NCBI GenBank assembly: GCA_965217715.1
Contig: OZ244563.1
Span: 3,493,083-3,557,082, forward strand
Direction of reading: 5' to 3'
From: Candidatus Poribacteria bacterium
Lineage (GTDB): Bacteria > Poribacteria > WGA-4E > WGA-3G
Length of the DNA stretch: 64,000 nt
This document shows, in pieces, positions 27,042 through 35,901 of the stretch. The notes below the pieces were generated by a model. It saw only the letters and a program-made list of their open reading frames with translations, did no database searches and was not told where the DNA came from. The first letter of the stretch is position 1. Every line of letters begins with the position of its first letter. The position numbers and the translations under genes were made by a program.

Positions 27042-30000
27042 TTGCGCTTAAGATGTCAATGCATATATAATAAAAATATGAATTTTCAAAGACACTGCAA
27101 CCGTTATCTAAAGAAAATACGTCAAACACAATCCGACTCGAATGCAACCCCCGAACTTTCTTTGCACCACCATCTCCAAGCATTCTTGGAAGATGTTACC
27201 ACAGACGCAGAATGTTTTAATAGACCCAACATAACATTTACGCACGAACCGAGAAATATTGACCAGATCGGACGACCTGATTTCATTGCAAAAGATGGAT
27301 TTCTACCACTTGGTTATATTGAGGCGGAAGCGGACGGCACAGACCTAAACAACCTAACAGGGCATGCCGCAGAACAGAATGAACGTTTTAGGGAAAACCT
27401 TGATAACTTTATCCTCACCAATTTCATTGGTTTTGAGTTGTGGCGGGATGGGCAACTACGTGCTTATGCAAATATTGAGAATGAAACTGATAATTTTAAA
27501 ACGTTATTGGAGCAGTTTCTGGACGCTGGGCATGTCCAAATCGCCTCTGCAGAGGCACTTGCAAAATACCTCGCCAGACGGACGCGTGAACTACAAACGC
27601 AGATTGCAACAACGCTCACCGATGAGGACAGTGAAACTTACAGCATGTTCAACGCGTTCAAGGAAACGTTGCTCGTCACACTCACCCGTGACGATTTCGC
27701 GGATATGTATGCGCAAACTCTTACCTACGGATTGTTCGCCGCACGCTGCACATTGCCGAATGCAACAAATTTTTCACGGCACACCGCAGTCGGTGCACTG
27801 CCAAGATCAAACCCATTCCTCATAGAACTCTTTTATCACGTCGCTTCTCCGAGACTTGAGACGAATGTTACCTATATTCTGGATGACATTGCAACGCTGC
27901 TCCAAAACGTCTCAACTGAAATGCTCCGCACAGCTTTCTCTGCAAATAACCATCTTGAAGACCCAGTTATCCATTTCTACGAGACATTTCTAAAAGAATA
28001 TAATCCAGAACTTCGCTTTGATCGTGGGGTATTTTATACACCGCCGCAGGTTATCTCCTACATCGTCAAATCTGTGGATAGTCTGCTGAAAACAGAACTC
28101 AACAGATCCGATGGACTTGCAGATGATGATACGCTTATTCTCGATCCTGCCACAGGTACGGGCGGATTTCTGCTAACAGTGCTTGACCATATCCGAGAAT
28201 ATGTTACGACCAATTACGGTACAGGGGATTGGAATCAGTATATCAACGCAAATTTGGTCCGACGGCTTTATGGATTTGAACTACTTGTTGCACCTTATAC
28301 GATTGCGCATCTGAAGTTAAGTCTGTTTTTGCAAGCGCAAGGGTGGCGCACTAATGAACGTCTCGGCATCTATCTGACCAATGCTTTGGAACAACCGGAT
28401 GAGATGCAGGCACCTTTGCCTTTTGCTGCGTTTATCTCTGACGAAGCGAACGCGGCACTCGCTGTGAAAAGGGACGAACCTATCCTTGCTATTCTCGGCA
28501 ATCCTCCGTATCCAGAAAATTCTGCTAACCCAAGCCGAGTCAATAGAAAATTAACTTTTATTGGTGAACTCATTGAAGATTACAAACAGGTAGATGGAGA
28601 ACCGATCAATGATAGGAACTTAAAAATGCTTCAGGCAGATTATGTAAAATTCACTCGATGGGCACAGTGGCGAATTGATAGAAACGGTGAAGGCGTTATC
28701 GGTTATATTGTCAATAATAGTTTCCTTGATGGTCCCGCTTTTCGTGGGATGCGGCAGAGTCTAATGACGAGTTTCAACGCTATCTACATACTCAATTTAC
28801 ACGGTAGCATCAGAAGACAGGAAGCAGTACCGAATGGACAGAAAGATGAAAATATCTTTGATATTTCACAAGGAGTCTCTATTCTGTTATGTGTCAAAGA
28901 ACGTGGCAATCCTTCACCGGCAAAGGTTTATCACGCGGATATGTGGGGATCTCGAGAAGAAAAATACAGAACACTTTCGGAAACCGATGTTCAGTCCACA
29001 GAGTGGTGTAAGTTACAACCGAAATCACCACTTTACCTTTTTGTGCAACAAGCTACAGACTATAGTTCAGAGTACGAAGCAGGTATCAGAATTAACGATA
29101 TTTTTCATATAGGTTCGGTTGGAATGGCTACGGGTCGGGATAGATTGACGATTCACCAGACTGCTGAAGATGTCCATAAAACGGTAACCGATTTTGCTTC
29201 ACTTTCTGCAGATGAAGCACGGGAACGGTATGATTTGGGAAGGGATACTCACCATTGGCAGATTCCTCGTGCTCAGACAGATCTTCGCAATAACTCAGAT
29301 GCCGAACAACACATAACAAAAATTCGCTACCGCCCCTTTGACATGCGTTGGACCTATTATACAGGGCAAACAGGTTTCCACTCACGTCCAAACTACAATA
29401 TCATACGACATTTACACGGCGTTGAAAATCTTGCTTTCTGTGTCTGTCGCATTGTTACAAGCTCTGTTTGGAAGCATGTTTTGATAACTGACAATATAAC
29501 TGAAAAGAGTTATATCTCAAATAGAGGAAGTGAAGCCACTCACTTATTCCCGCTCTACCTGTATCCAGATTCAGAGGCATTATTAGGTTCAACAGAACGT
29601 GAACTCAATTTCAAACCTGAATTTCTCACCGCACTCTCGGAGGCGTTGGGATTACCGCAGGCTGCACCGTTTGGACTCCCCGAAGACGTTACACCAGAGG
29701 AAATTCTCGCTTATATTTACGCTGTGCTTTATAGTCCTACCTATCGCGAACGTTATTATGAGTTTCTAAAATACGATTTTCCGCGTATCCCTTTACCACA
29801 GGATATTGACTCCTTTTTTGCACTTGCAGAGTCAGGGCAAGAATTAATTGATCTGCATCTCTTCAAGGATAGGAACATACCGCATCGCCATCGGTTTGAG
29901 GGTGAAGGTGATGGCGTTGTCTCAGGGGTTCGTTATGAAGGTGGTAATGTTTGGATAAATGGGACGCAGCATTTTACGGATGTGCCTGCAGATGTGTGGG

Positions 30001-30158
30001 AATATGAGATCGGGGCGTATCAGGTGTGTTTGAAGTGGTTGAAGGATCGGCGGGGAGAAACGTTGAGTCATGCGGAGGTGCGTCAGTATTGTTCTATTTT
30101 GGTTGCTGTTGCGGAGACGCTGCGGGTGATGGGGGAGATTGATGATGTGCTGTGGTAG
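27042..30158 (+). CDS. Type IIG/IIL restriction-modification enzyme (MmeI-like): N-terminal PD-ExE nuclease-like domain, N6-adenine methyltransferase, C-terminal target-recognition domain
   Basis: 1038 aa. N-terminal RPDFIAKDGFLPLGYIEAEAD aligns to the MmeI D...E.K nuclease core, with E in place of K. Motif I LDPATGTGGFLL. Motif IV ILGNPPYPEN. NNSFLDGPAFRGMRQ block. Long C-terminal region. The true start may be the internal MNFQ at about 27078. Confidence 0.7.
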   Translation: MRLRCQCIYNKNMNFQRHCNRYLKKIRQTQSDSNATPELSLHHHLQAFLEDVTTDAECFNRPNITFTHEPRNIDQIGRPDFIAKDGFLPLGYIEAEADGTDLNNLTGHAAEQNERFRENLDNFILTNFIGFELWRDGQLRAYANIENETDNFKTLLEQFLDAGHVQIASAEALAKYLARRTRELQTQIATTLTDEDSETYSMFNAFKETLLVTLTRDDFADMYAQTLTYGLFAARCTLPNATNFSRHTAVGALPRSNPFLIELFYHVASPRLETNVTYILDDIATLLQNVSTEMLRTAFSANNHLEDPVIHFYETFLKEYNPELRFDRGVFYTPPQVISYIVKSVDSLLKTELNRSDGLADDDTLILDPATGTGGFLLTVLDHIREYVTTNYGTGDWNQYINANLVRRLYGFELLVAPYTIAHLKLSLFLQAQGWRTNERLGIYLTNALEQPDEMQAPLPFAAFISDEANAALAVKRDEPILAILGNPPYPENSANPSRVNRKLTFIGELIEDYKQVDGEPINDRNLKMLQADYVKFTRWAQWRIDRNGEGVIGYIVNNSFLDGPAFRGMRQSLMTSFNAIYILNLHGSIRRQEAVPNGQKDENIFDISQGVSILLCVKERGNPSPAKVYHADMWGSREEKYRTLSETDVQSTEWCKLQPKSPLYLFVQQATDYSSEYEAGIRINDIFHIGSVGMATGRDRLTIHQTAEDVHKTVTDFASLSADEARERYDLGRDTHHWQIPRAQTDLRNNSDAEQHITKIRYRPFDMRWTYYTGQTGFHSRPNYNIIRHLHGVENLAFCVCRIVTSSVWKHVLITDNITEKSYISNRGSEATHLFPLYLYPDSEALLGSTERELNFKPEFLTALSEALGLPQAAPFGLPEDVTPEEILAYIYAVLYSPTYRERYYEFLKYDFPRIPLPQDIDSFFALAESGQELIDLHLFKDRNIPHRHRFEGEGDGVVSGVRYEGGNVWINGTQHFTDVPADVWEYEIGAYQVCLKWLKDRRGETLSHAEVRQYCSILVAVAETLRVMGEIDDVLW

Positions 30159-30160
30159 GT

Positions 30161-30337
30161 TGTCTGAACCAGGATTTGCAGGATTATAGGATTTTCAGGA
30201 TTATAGAAACCTACTGAGAAAATAAAGTCTGTTTGATGGATTACCGATTTGACGATGTTCTCTCACACAAGATAGTATCAACTAAAATACATACTAATCT
30301 TGGTAATCCTATAATCCTGCAAATCCTGGTTCAGACA
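30161..30337. repeat. Long inverted-repeat element: TGTCTGAACCAGGATTTGCAGGATTATAGGA ... TCCTATAATCCTGCAAATCCTGGTTCAGACA (31-bp perfect arms, ~110-bp spacer); related copies at 45247..45430 and 55905..55950
   Basis: The arms are perfect reverse complements. The shared core GTCTGAACCAGGAT recurs at three loci, each directly after a gene end. Confidence 0.75.
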
Positions 30338-30530
30338 AATAAGAATGCCGCAGCAGCATGAGTTGCGATGCTTGCAACGTCTCTAAAGCATACATCTGCC
30401 CTTTGAGGTCGCTAAATTCAACTTCAAATACTTCCGGTTCATATTCTTCAACAATAGTGCCGACCTGTCCACGGTATAATTTAAGTGCGGGCATATCCTC
30501 TATGAGTGCAACTGTATCAAATAGTTTCAT
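30309..30530 (-). CDS. DUF4926-like small protein
   Basis: MKLFDTVALIEDMPALKLYRGQVGTIVEEYEPEVFEVEFSD resembles the DUF4926 family of about 70 aa. Confidence 0.4.
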   Translation of the reverse strand: MKLFDTVALIEDMPALKLYRGQVGTIVEEYEPEVFEVEFSDLKGQMYALETLQASQLMLLRHSYLSEPGFAGL

Positions 30531-30747
30531 TTCAGAATAACTACCATAAAAACAAAACAATTCACCTTAATGACAAATTTAGGACTCAACATAAACAATT
30601 TCATGAGGTTGAATAACTTGTAGTAACGTGAGTTTGATAAATCCCGTAGGTTGGGTTGAACCGCAGGTGAAACCCAACATTTAGAGTCTATAAAAGCGTT
30701 TCAAGTTGGGTTTCGTTCCTCAACCCAACCTACATCTACATTTGGAT

Positions 30748-31047
30748 TTAATTATCAAACTCACGTTGTAGTACCTCGCGTAACTGCGGTATCAGGGGAA
30801 GCAGGGCATCTAATCTGTTCCTATAAGCAACAAGCACAACAACTGCAATATCAAAATGGATAAGGTTCTGTTGATATTCAATGTTTCTGTCAGCAGTAAG
30901 CCAGACGTCAAATTCTTTCTCTGCTATGTGGAGCAAGTCCCCATTTTCTATACCGGACCAGCCTTTTTCTTGAACCGTAAAAACAGTATGCCCGCGCAAC
31001 TCTTGTTTGAGTTTTTTAGGTAAGCATTCATCAATCAGAATATGCAT
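30748..31047 (-). CDS. DUF5615 (PIN-like/Mut7-C-like) putative toxin
   Basis: 99 aa, MHILIDECLPKKL ... Overlaps the upstream DUF433 gene by 17 nt. Its last codons lie within a MITE terminal inverted repeat. Confidence 0.55.
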   Translation of the reverse strand: MHILIDECLPKKLKQELRGHTVFTVQEKGWSGIENGDLLHIAEKEFDVWLTADRNIEYQQNLIHFDIAVVVLVAYRNRLDALLPLIPQLREVLQREFDN

Positions 31048-31282
31048 GGGCTTGTGTAAGTAGTATTTCCTTCGCTAATTCCAACGTTTGAACAGCTTGC
31101 GTGCGGCTGACAGAAGGAAAATCATCCAAAAATTCGTCTAAATTATCACCTGCTTCCAAATAGTCAATGAGATTTTTGATGGGAACGCGCGTATTTTTGA
31201 AAACAGGCGTGCCACTCATAATCCGCGGATTGCAGGTAATGATGTCTTTAAATGTCTGCGTTGTTTGTTTGTCAAATTTCAT
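31031..31282 (-). CDS. DUF433 putative antitoxin
   Basis: 83 aa. ...CNPRIMSGTPVFKNTRVPIKNLIDYLEAGDNLDEFLDDFPSVSRTQAVQ matches the DUF433 pattern (GKPVIxGTRIPV ... DYP.L). Confidence 0.6.
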   Translation of the reverse strand: MKFDKQTTQTFKDIITCNPRIMSGTPVFKNTRVPIKNLIDYLEAGDNLDEFLDDFPSVSRTQAVQTLELAKEILLTQAHAYSD

Positions 31283-31315
31283 GCGTGCGTTTCTCCTCCC
31301 TTGTAATATTCAAAA

Positions 31316-31642
31316 CTAAGTGGTGGCTCGCCTTTTCTTTTTCTCCCATTCTCGCGCATCTTCTCGCGTCGTCCGTTTCCCAACTTGATGAATCTGGACA
31401 TCTTTACCGTAGTCCCGTTGGAGTTCCTTCTCACGTCGATCTAAGTTATTCGTAATTCCACTGCGGATAATTTTGTCCCCTTGTTTTAGATGGTATTTAT
31501 AGGTATCACGCTTAGGTTCTATAGGAACACCTCTCGCCTTAAGAACCTCTTCGACTGCTCGTTCTATTTTTGATCTTGGGATTTTTCCTCGCTTAGGGGG
31601 ATATTTAACAATTCTCTGTCTGGGCATTCTAATCACCTCCAT
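31316..31642 (-). CDS. Small basic protein with a GIY-YIG-like nuclease motif
   Basis: YKYHLKQGDKIIRSGITNNLDRREKELQRDYG fits Y.Y ... G..I..G.T.NL..R...E (GIY-YIG). Basic N- and C-termini. Confidence 0.4.
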   Translation of the reverse strand: MEVIRMPRQRIVKYPPKRGKIPRSKIERAVEEVLKARGVPIEPKRDTYKYHLKQGDKIIRSGITNNLDRREKELQRDYGKDVQIHQVGKRTTREDAREWEKKKRRATT

Positions 31643-31650
31643 AGAACAGG

Positions 31651-32283
31651 TTATAGTTCGCTATTTGATTGACGATTCAGCCACTTTGCTACAACAAAAA
31701 TATAATCATTGAAGTATTCCAGGTCTTCAACCTCTAAACGAAGTTCCTGAGCGACTTCAGGCAAATCGTTCAAAAAACTTTGGTAACGTCTCCAAATAAT
31801 TCCACCGCCTGGAATTGCCTCGCGTTCCGATTCGGTGCCAAGCCAATTCCGAACAACCCTTACGACTTCTTCAGGATTATTGTTATGCACAAAAATATCT
31901 TGACCTGAAATATCTGAAATAAACTTTTGATACCGATACGGTTCTGTGTCCATCACAAGACACTTTTTTCTTTCTTGTTCTTCTATACCGAATCTCTTTG
32001 CCCCAAGAAAAATGCCCAACTCTAAGGGCATATTAAACCGAGGTAGTTGTGAAATCTCATCTAATTCCGTTCTGGATATATCATGAATCCCATAACGGCA
32101 GCCTTCAATAATGCTATAGATTTTATCAATCCGAACTTGGCTTGCGTCACCTTCTTCAAGCGCACAACGGGCGATAAAACCGCAATCATGCACGGCAAAT
32201 ATCATTGCATCAAACAAAGGTTTGTAATCTGAGTCAAATGGACAATTGATAAAAACATTGTCATTATAATGGGGTGACTTCAT
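31651..32283 (-). CDS. Hypothetical protein, possible TIR-like/SLOG-like fold
   Basis: N-terminal VFINCPFDSDYKPLFDAMIFAVHDCGF resembles the beta-A/alpha-A start of TIR-like domains. 8-nt gap to the GIY-YIG-like gene, so they are probably co-transcribed. Confidence 0.3.
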   Translation of the reverse strand: MKSPHYNDNVFINCPFDSDYKPLFDAMIFAVHDCGFIARCALEEGDASQVRIDKIYSIIEGCRYGIHDISRTELDEISQLPRFNMPLELGIFLGAKRFGIEEQERKKCLVMDTEPYRYQKFISDISGQDIFVHNNNPEEVVRVVRNWLGTESEREAIPGGGIIWRRYQSFLNDLPEVAQELRLEVEDLEYFNDYIFVVAKWLNRQSNSEL

Positions 32284-32460
32284 GAATTCCTAATCGGTTT
32301 CACCTACGTGGAAACTTTTCAAAAGCACTCTTAGCCTGCTTTTTTAAGTATACCATAAAATTTGATGAATCGTCAATCTCTTGGGAAACCTAAAAACGTA
32401 GGAGTGCCTACTACTTTAAAATTGTGATAGGGAGATCACTCCTATAAGAAGGGGCAGCAA

Positions 32461-33744
32461 TCAAGTGTAAAGCCCTTGCAGCACCTCAAAATAGTTAGGG
32501 AACGTCTTACTCACACATTCAGGGTCATTAATCCGAATGCCAGGTACTTTTAAGCCGATAAGAGAAAACGCCATCGCCACGCGATGGTCACTATAGGTAT
32601 CAATTGCTGCAGGGGTGATGGGAGAAGGGGAGATTTCAAGTCCGTCTTGATGTTCAATCACAGGCACACCTAATTTTCGCAGTTCCGCCACCATTGCGTG
32701 AATTCTGTCGGTTTCTTGCCAGCGCGTATGCTCAATGTTTCGGATAGCGACTTTGCTATCGGCAAATGGGGCAATCGCTGCAAGCGTCAACGCAGTATCC
32801 GAAATAGTCTTCATATCTACATCAATACCCTTCAACTGACGCGGTCCTCTCACAGTAATACCCGTATCGGAAATAGAAACATGACACCCCATCTGCTCCA
32901 AAACACGCACAAATTGGACATCGCCTTGTGCTGAACTTGTGGATAGATGCTTAACAGTGACGCATCCACCCGTGAGTGCAGCGGCAGCGAAAAAGTAGGA
33001 CGCACTGGAGGCATCTGGTTCAATGTGGTAAGAACGCGGTTGATACTGCTGTCCACCTGCAATGTGGAAATGTTGATAATCTTTGTGGATAACCTGTGCA
33101 TCAAATGCTTCCATCACTGCCAACGTTATGTCAATATAAGACGTGTTGAGATTGCCAACAACCTCAATCTCTATCCCTTTTTTGGCACACGGCGCGGTGA
33201 GCATCAACGATGTTAGAAACTGACTGCTTTTGCTCGTATCCAGTCTGGTTTTTCCACCTTCAAGTCCGTCTGCTTGAACGATAACAGGGAGATGTCCATT
33301 GTCAAATTGTGAGTGTGCATCAACGCCAAGCTGCATTAGGGCATCAAGTAAATCTGACATAGGGCGACTTCGCCGCATCGGTTCATCGCCATCAATGACA
33401 AATCTACCGTGTCCGAGAGAAACATAACCGATAAGTGAACGTGTTGTTGTGCCTGAGTTGCCTACATAGAGGTCTGCACCTTGAGCGGGGATATTTCCGC
33501 CATTTCCAGCGACATGAAAGGTGGCTTGTTCTCTGTTTTCCTCAATATGGATACCGAGTTTTCGGAGAGCGTTGCACATATAGTGCGTATCATCACTGAA
33601 AAGCGCACCTGTCAACGTTGAGTCTCCGTGTGCAAGTGAAGCAACTAATAGCGCACGGTTGGTAAAACTTTTAGAGCCGGGTACCTCTATCGTAGCGTTA
33701 GGTGGGTTATGAAGTGGTTGTATTTCAATCATTTTAGAGTGCAT
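32461..33744 (-). CDS. aroA: 3-phosphoshikimate 1-carboxyvinyltransferase (EPSP synthase)
   Basis: 427 aa. VPGSKSFTNRALL, LYVGNSGTTTRSL and RPMSDLLDALMQLG blocks. Confidence 0.85.
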   Translation of the reverse strand: MHSKMIEIQPLHNPPNATIEVPGSKSFTNRALLVASLAHGDSTLTGALFSDDTHYMCNALRKLGIHIEENREQATFHVAGNGGNIPAQGADLYVGNSGTTTRSLIGYVSLGHGRFVIDGDEPMRRSRPMSDLLDALMQLGVDAHSQFDNGHLPVIVQADGLEGGKTRLDTSKSSQFLTSLMLTAPCAKKGIEIEVVGNLNTSYIDITLAVMEAFDAQVIHKDYQHFHIAGGQQYQPRSYHIEPDASSASYFFAAAALTGGCVTVKHLSTSSAQGDVQFVRVLEQMGCHVSISDTGITVRGPRQLKGIDVDMKTISDTALTLAAIAPFADSKVAIRNIEHTRWQETDRIHAMVAELRKLGVPVIEHQDGLEISPSPITPAAIDTYSDHRVAMAFSLIGLKVPGIRINDPECVSKTFPNYFEVLQGLYT

Positions 33745-34152
33745 CTCATAAATCGGAATTCGTTAGTTCACTACGCTAATTCAAGCCATAAAATACTAAT
33801 GTAAGAGGCGCAATAAATTGCGCGACTACCAACGCGTTCCTGCTTATGGTAAAGATTACAATTAACACTACATTCCTGAACTGTGAATCAACGTCAAATG
33901 CACATAAGGCATTTGTCCAAATCAACGCTGAATGCGCCAAATCAACGGTATGAATGCCTTATGGCATTCCCCGTATGGCATTCAGCGGGAGGGAACTCCG
34001 ATTCCCGACTATCAATGTGTTTCGTCGCGATTCGGAGATCGCTCCTACAGAGGAAATGTAGAATTATTTCTATACTCCACTATAAGTAAACATCTCTTTA
34101 AAAAAAGATCGGGTTTAGAAACCCTCCCACGATTTATGAGATAGATTGTAGT

Positions 34153-35052
34153 TTAGCGCGAGAGACCTAATTCGGTGAGTAATTCTTTAAGTTCAGCTTT
34201 CTCTGTATCATTGAGAGGCAGCAATGGACTTGTTGTGTGTGCCTTACAAACGCCCAAAATCTCTAAACACGCCTTCATACCGCTTACACCTTGTCCGTAG
34301 GTATAGAGTTTGCTGAGCTTGATCATCCATTTCTGGAGTCGGTCAACCTCGTCAATGTCGCGTGCTTTTGCGGCGTTATAGAGTGCGACAGATTCTCTCG
34401 GTGCGACGTTTGCGATAGAAATGACCCCGCCATCAGCACCGAATAGCAACGCTGCCCCTATAATAAAATGCGAACCGATGAAGATGGAGAAATCGTCACG
34501 TTCACCAAGCAGTGCCAAGAGATGGAGGCTATTTATCCAGTCACCGGAGCTATCCTTAATGCCAACGATATTATCACAATCATCTGCCAGTTGCGCGACA
34601 ATATGCGGTTTGATAGCGGTTTTCGCTGTAGACGGAATATTGTAGATTAGCACGGGTAATTCAGTGCTTGCAGCGATTTCCTGATAGAATTGGATTATGT
34701 CTGCGTCATCGGTGGAGGGATAATAGTAACCGGGAGTCGCAGCGACAGCATCAACCTGAAACTGTTGTGCAGTCTCAATGTTTTGTATGACGCGCTGGGT
34801 GCTTGTATCCATCACACAACAGATAATCGGGACGCGTCCTGCAATAGTTTTGGTGGCGATGTCCAACGCACGTTCACGCTCCGCATTTGTTAACGTTGTA
34901 AACTCACCAGAAGAACCCAGCAGATAAATGCCGTGAACGCCATTGTCAATCAGTCTGTTAAGCTGTCTAACAAACCCAAGTTCATCAACGCGTTCTTTTT
35001 CATCAAGTGGTGTAACCGTTGGTGAAAAAATACCTTCATATTGGATGTTCAT
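34153..35052 (-). CDS. DapA-family (dihydrodipicolinate synthase/N-acetylneuraminate lyase family) class I aldolase
   Basis: GVHGIYLLGSSGEFTTLTNAERE ... VPIICCV ... TIM-barrel Schiff-base lyase family. The likely start is MNIQYEG, since the ORF-track start at 35103 adds 17 aa. Confidence 0.75.
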   Translation of the reverse strand: MNIQYEGIFSPTVTPLDEKERVDELGFVRQLNRLIDNGVHGIYLLGSSGEFTTLTNAERERALDIATKTIAGRVPIICCVMDTSTQRVIQNIETAQQFQVDAVAATPGYYYPSTDDADIIQFYQEIAASTELPVLIYNIPSTAKTAIKPHIVAQLADDCDNIVGIKDSSGDWINSLHLLALLGERDDFSIFIGSHFIIGAALLFGADGGVISIANVAPRESVALYNAAKARDIDEVDRLQKWMIKLSKLYTYGQGVSGMKACLEILGVCKAHTTSPLLPLNDTEKAELKELLTELGLSR

Positions 35053-35901
35053 TGTTGCCTCTCTCATGTTTCGCTGAATTGTAGCATAATTGCAGTTTAG
35101 CAAAGCCCAATTTAAATGTCAATACCTTCTAAAAATGGGGCAGAACCATTCAATTGTTGAGTTTACCCAATTAATGGTGATGGGTAAACGGGTGCGTCAA
35201 CATTCCGCCTCTACGAGGCTCAAGAACTTAGGATAACGCTTTTTCTATAAACATTCCGCCTCTACGAGGCTATATACAAATCCTTAAATTCACGCTTAGG
35301 GTGCGGTTAGAAAACGCACCTCGGACATTGTTGGAGGGTTTTATAGTGAAATCTAAAAATATGTTCACACTCCCTGGTAGATGCGGTTTCCTAACCGCAT
35401 CTATGGACTGAATAAACACGGTTCGGTTAGGAAACCGAACCTACCGTAACGTGAGTTTGATAATAGATATATGAACTTCATTTTGCATAAAATCTTATTC
35501 TCATAAGCCCGGTAGGTGCGGTTTCCTAACCGCATCTATGGACTGAATAAACACGGTTCGGTTAGGAAACCGAACCTACCGTAGTGTAAAAATAATTATG
35601 GATTTTACTATAAACGCCGATACATTGATATATAATCGGGGTTGAAAACCCCTCTCACAAGATAATCAGACACTAAATTGACGCTTAGGATGCGGTTGGG
35701 AAACCGCACCTACCAAAGTGTAAAAGTAATTACAGATTCTACTATAATGGTGATGTATTATCCAATTAACTTGACAGTCTTGTTTTGTGGGAGAAAACTC
35801 TGATTCCCGACTATCAAAGCGTTTCGTCGCGATTCGGAGATTGCTCCTACCAGTGATTTCACCACAAAAACTTACACGCCCACCTGAATTAATTCATTGC
35901 C

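Noticed and set aside
27042-30158. BREX system (PglX-like large NPPY methyltransferase)
   Set aside because: No brxA/B/C, pglZ or brxL-like genes are adjacent. An N-terminal PD-ExE nuclease-like segment favours a standalone MmeI-like Type IIG enzyme.
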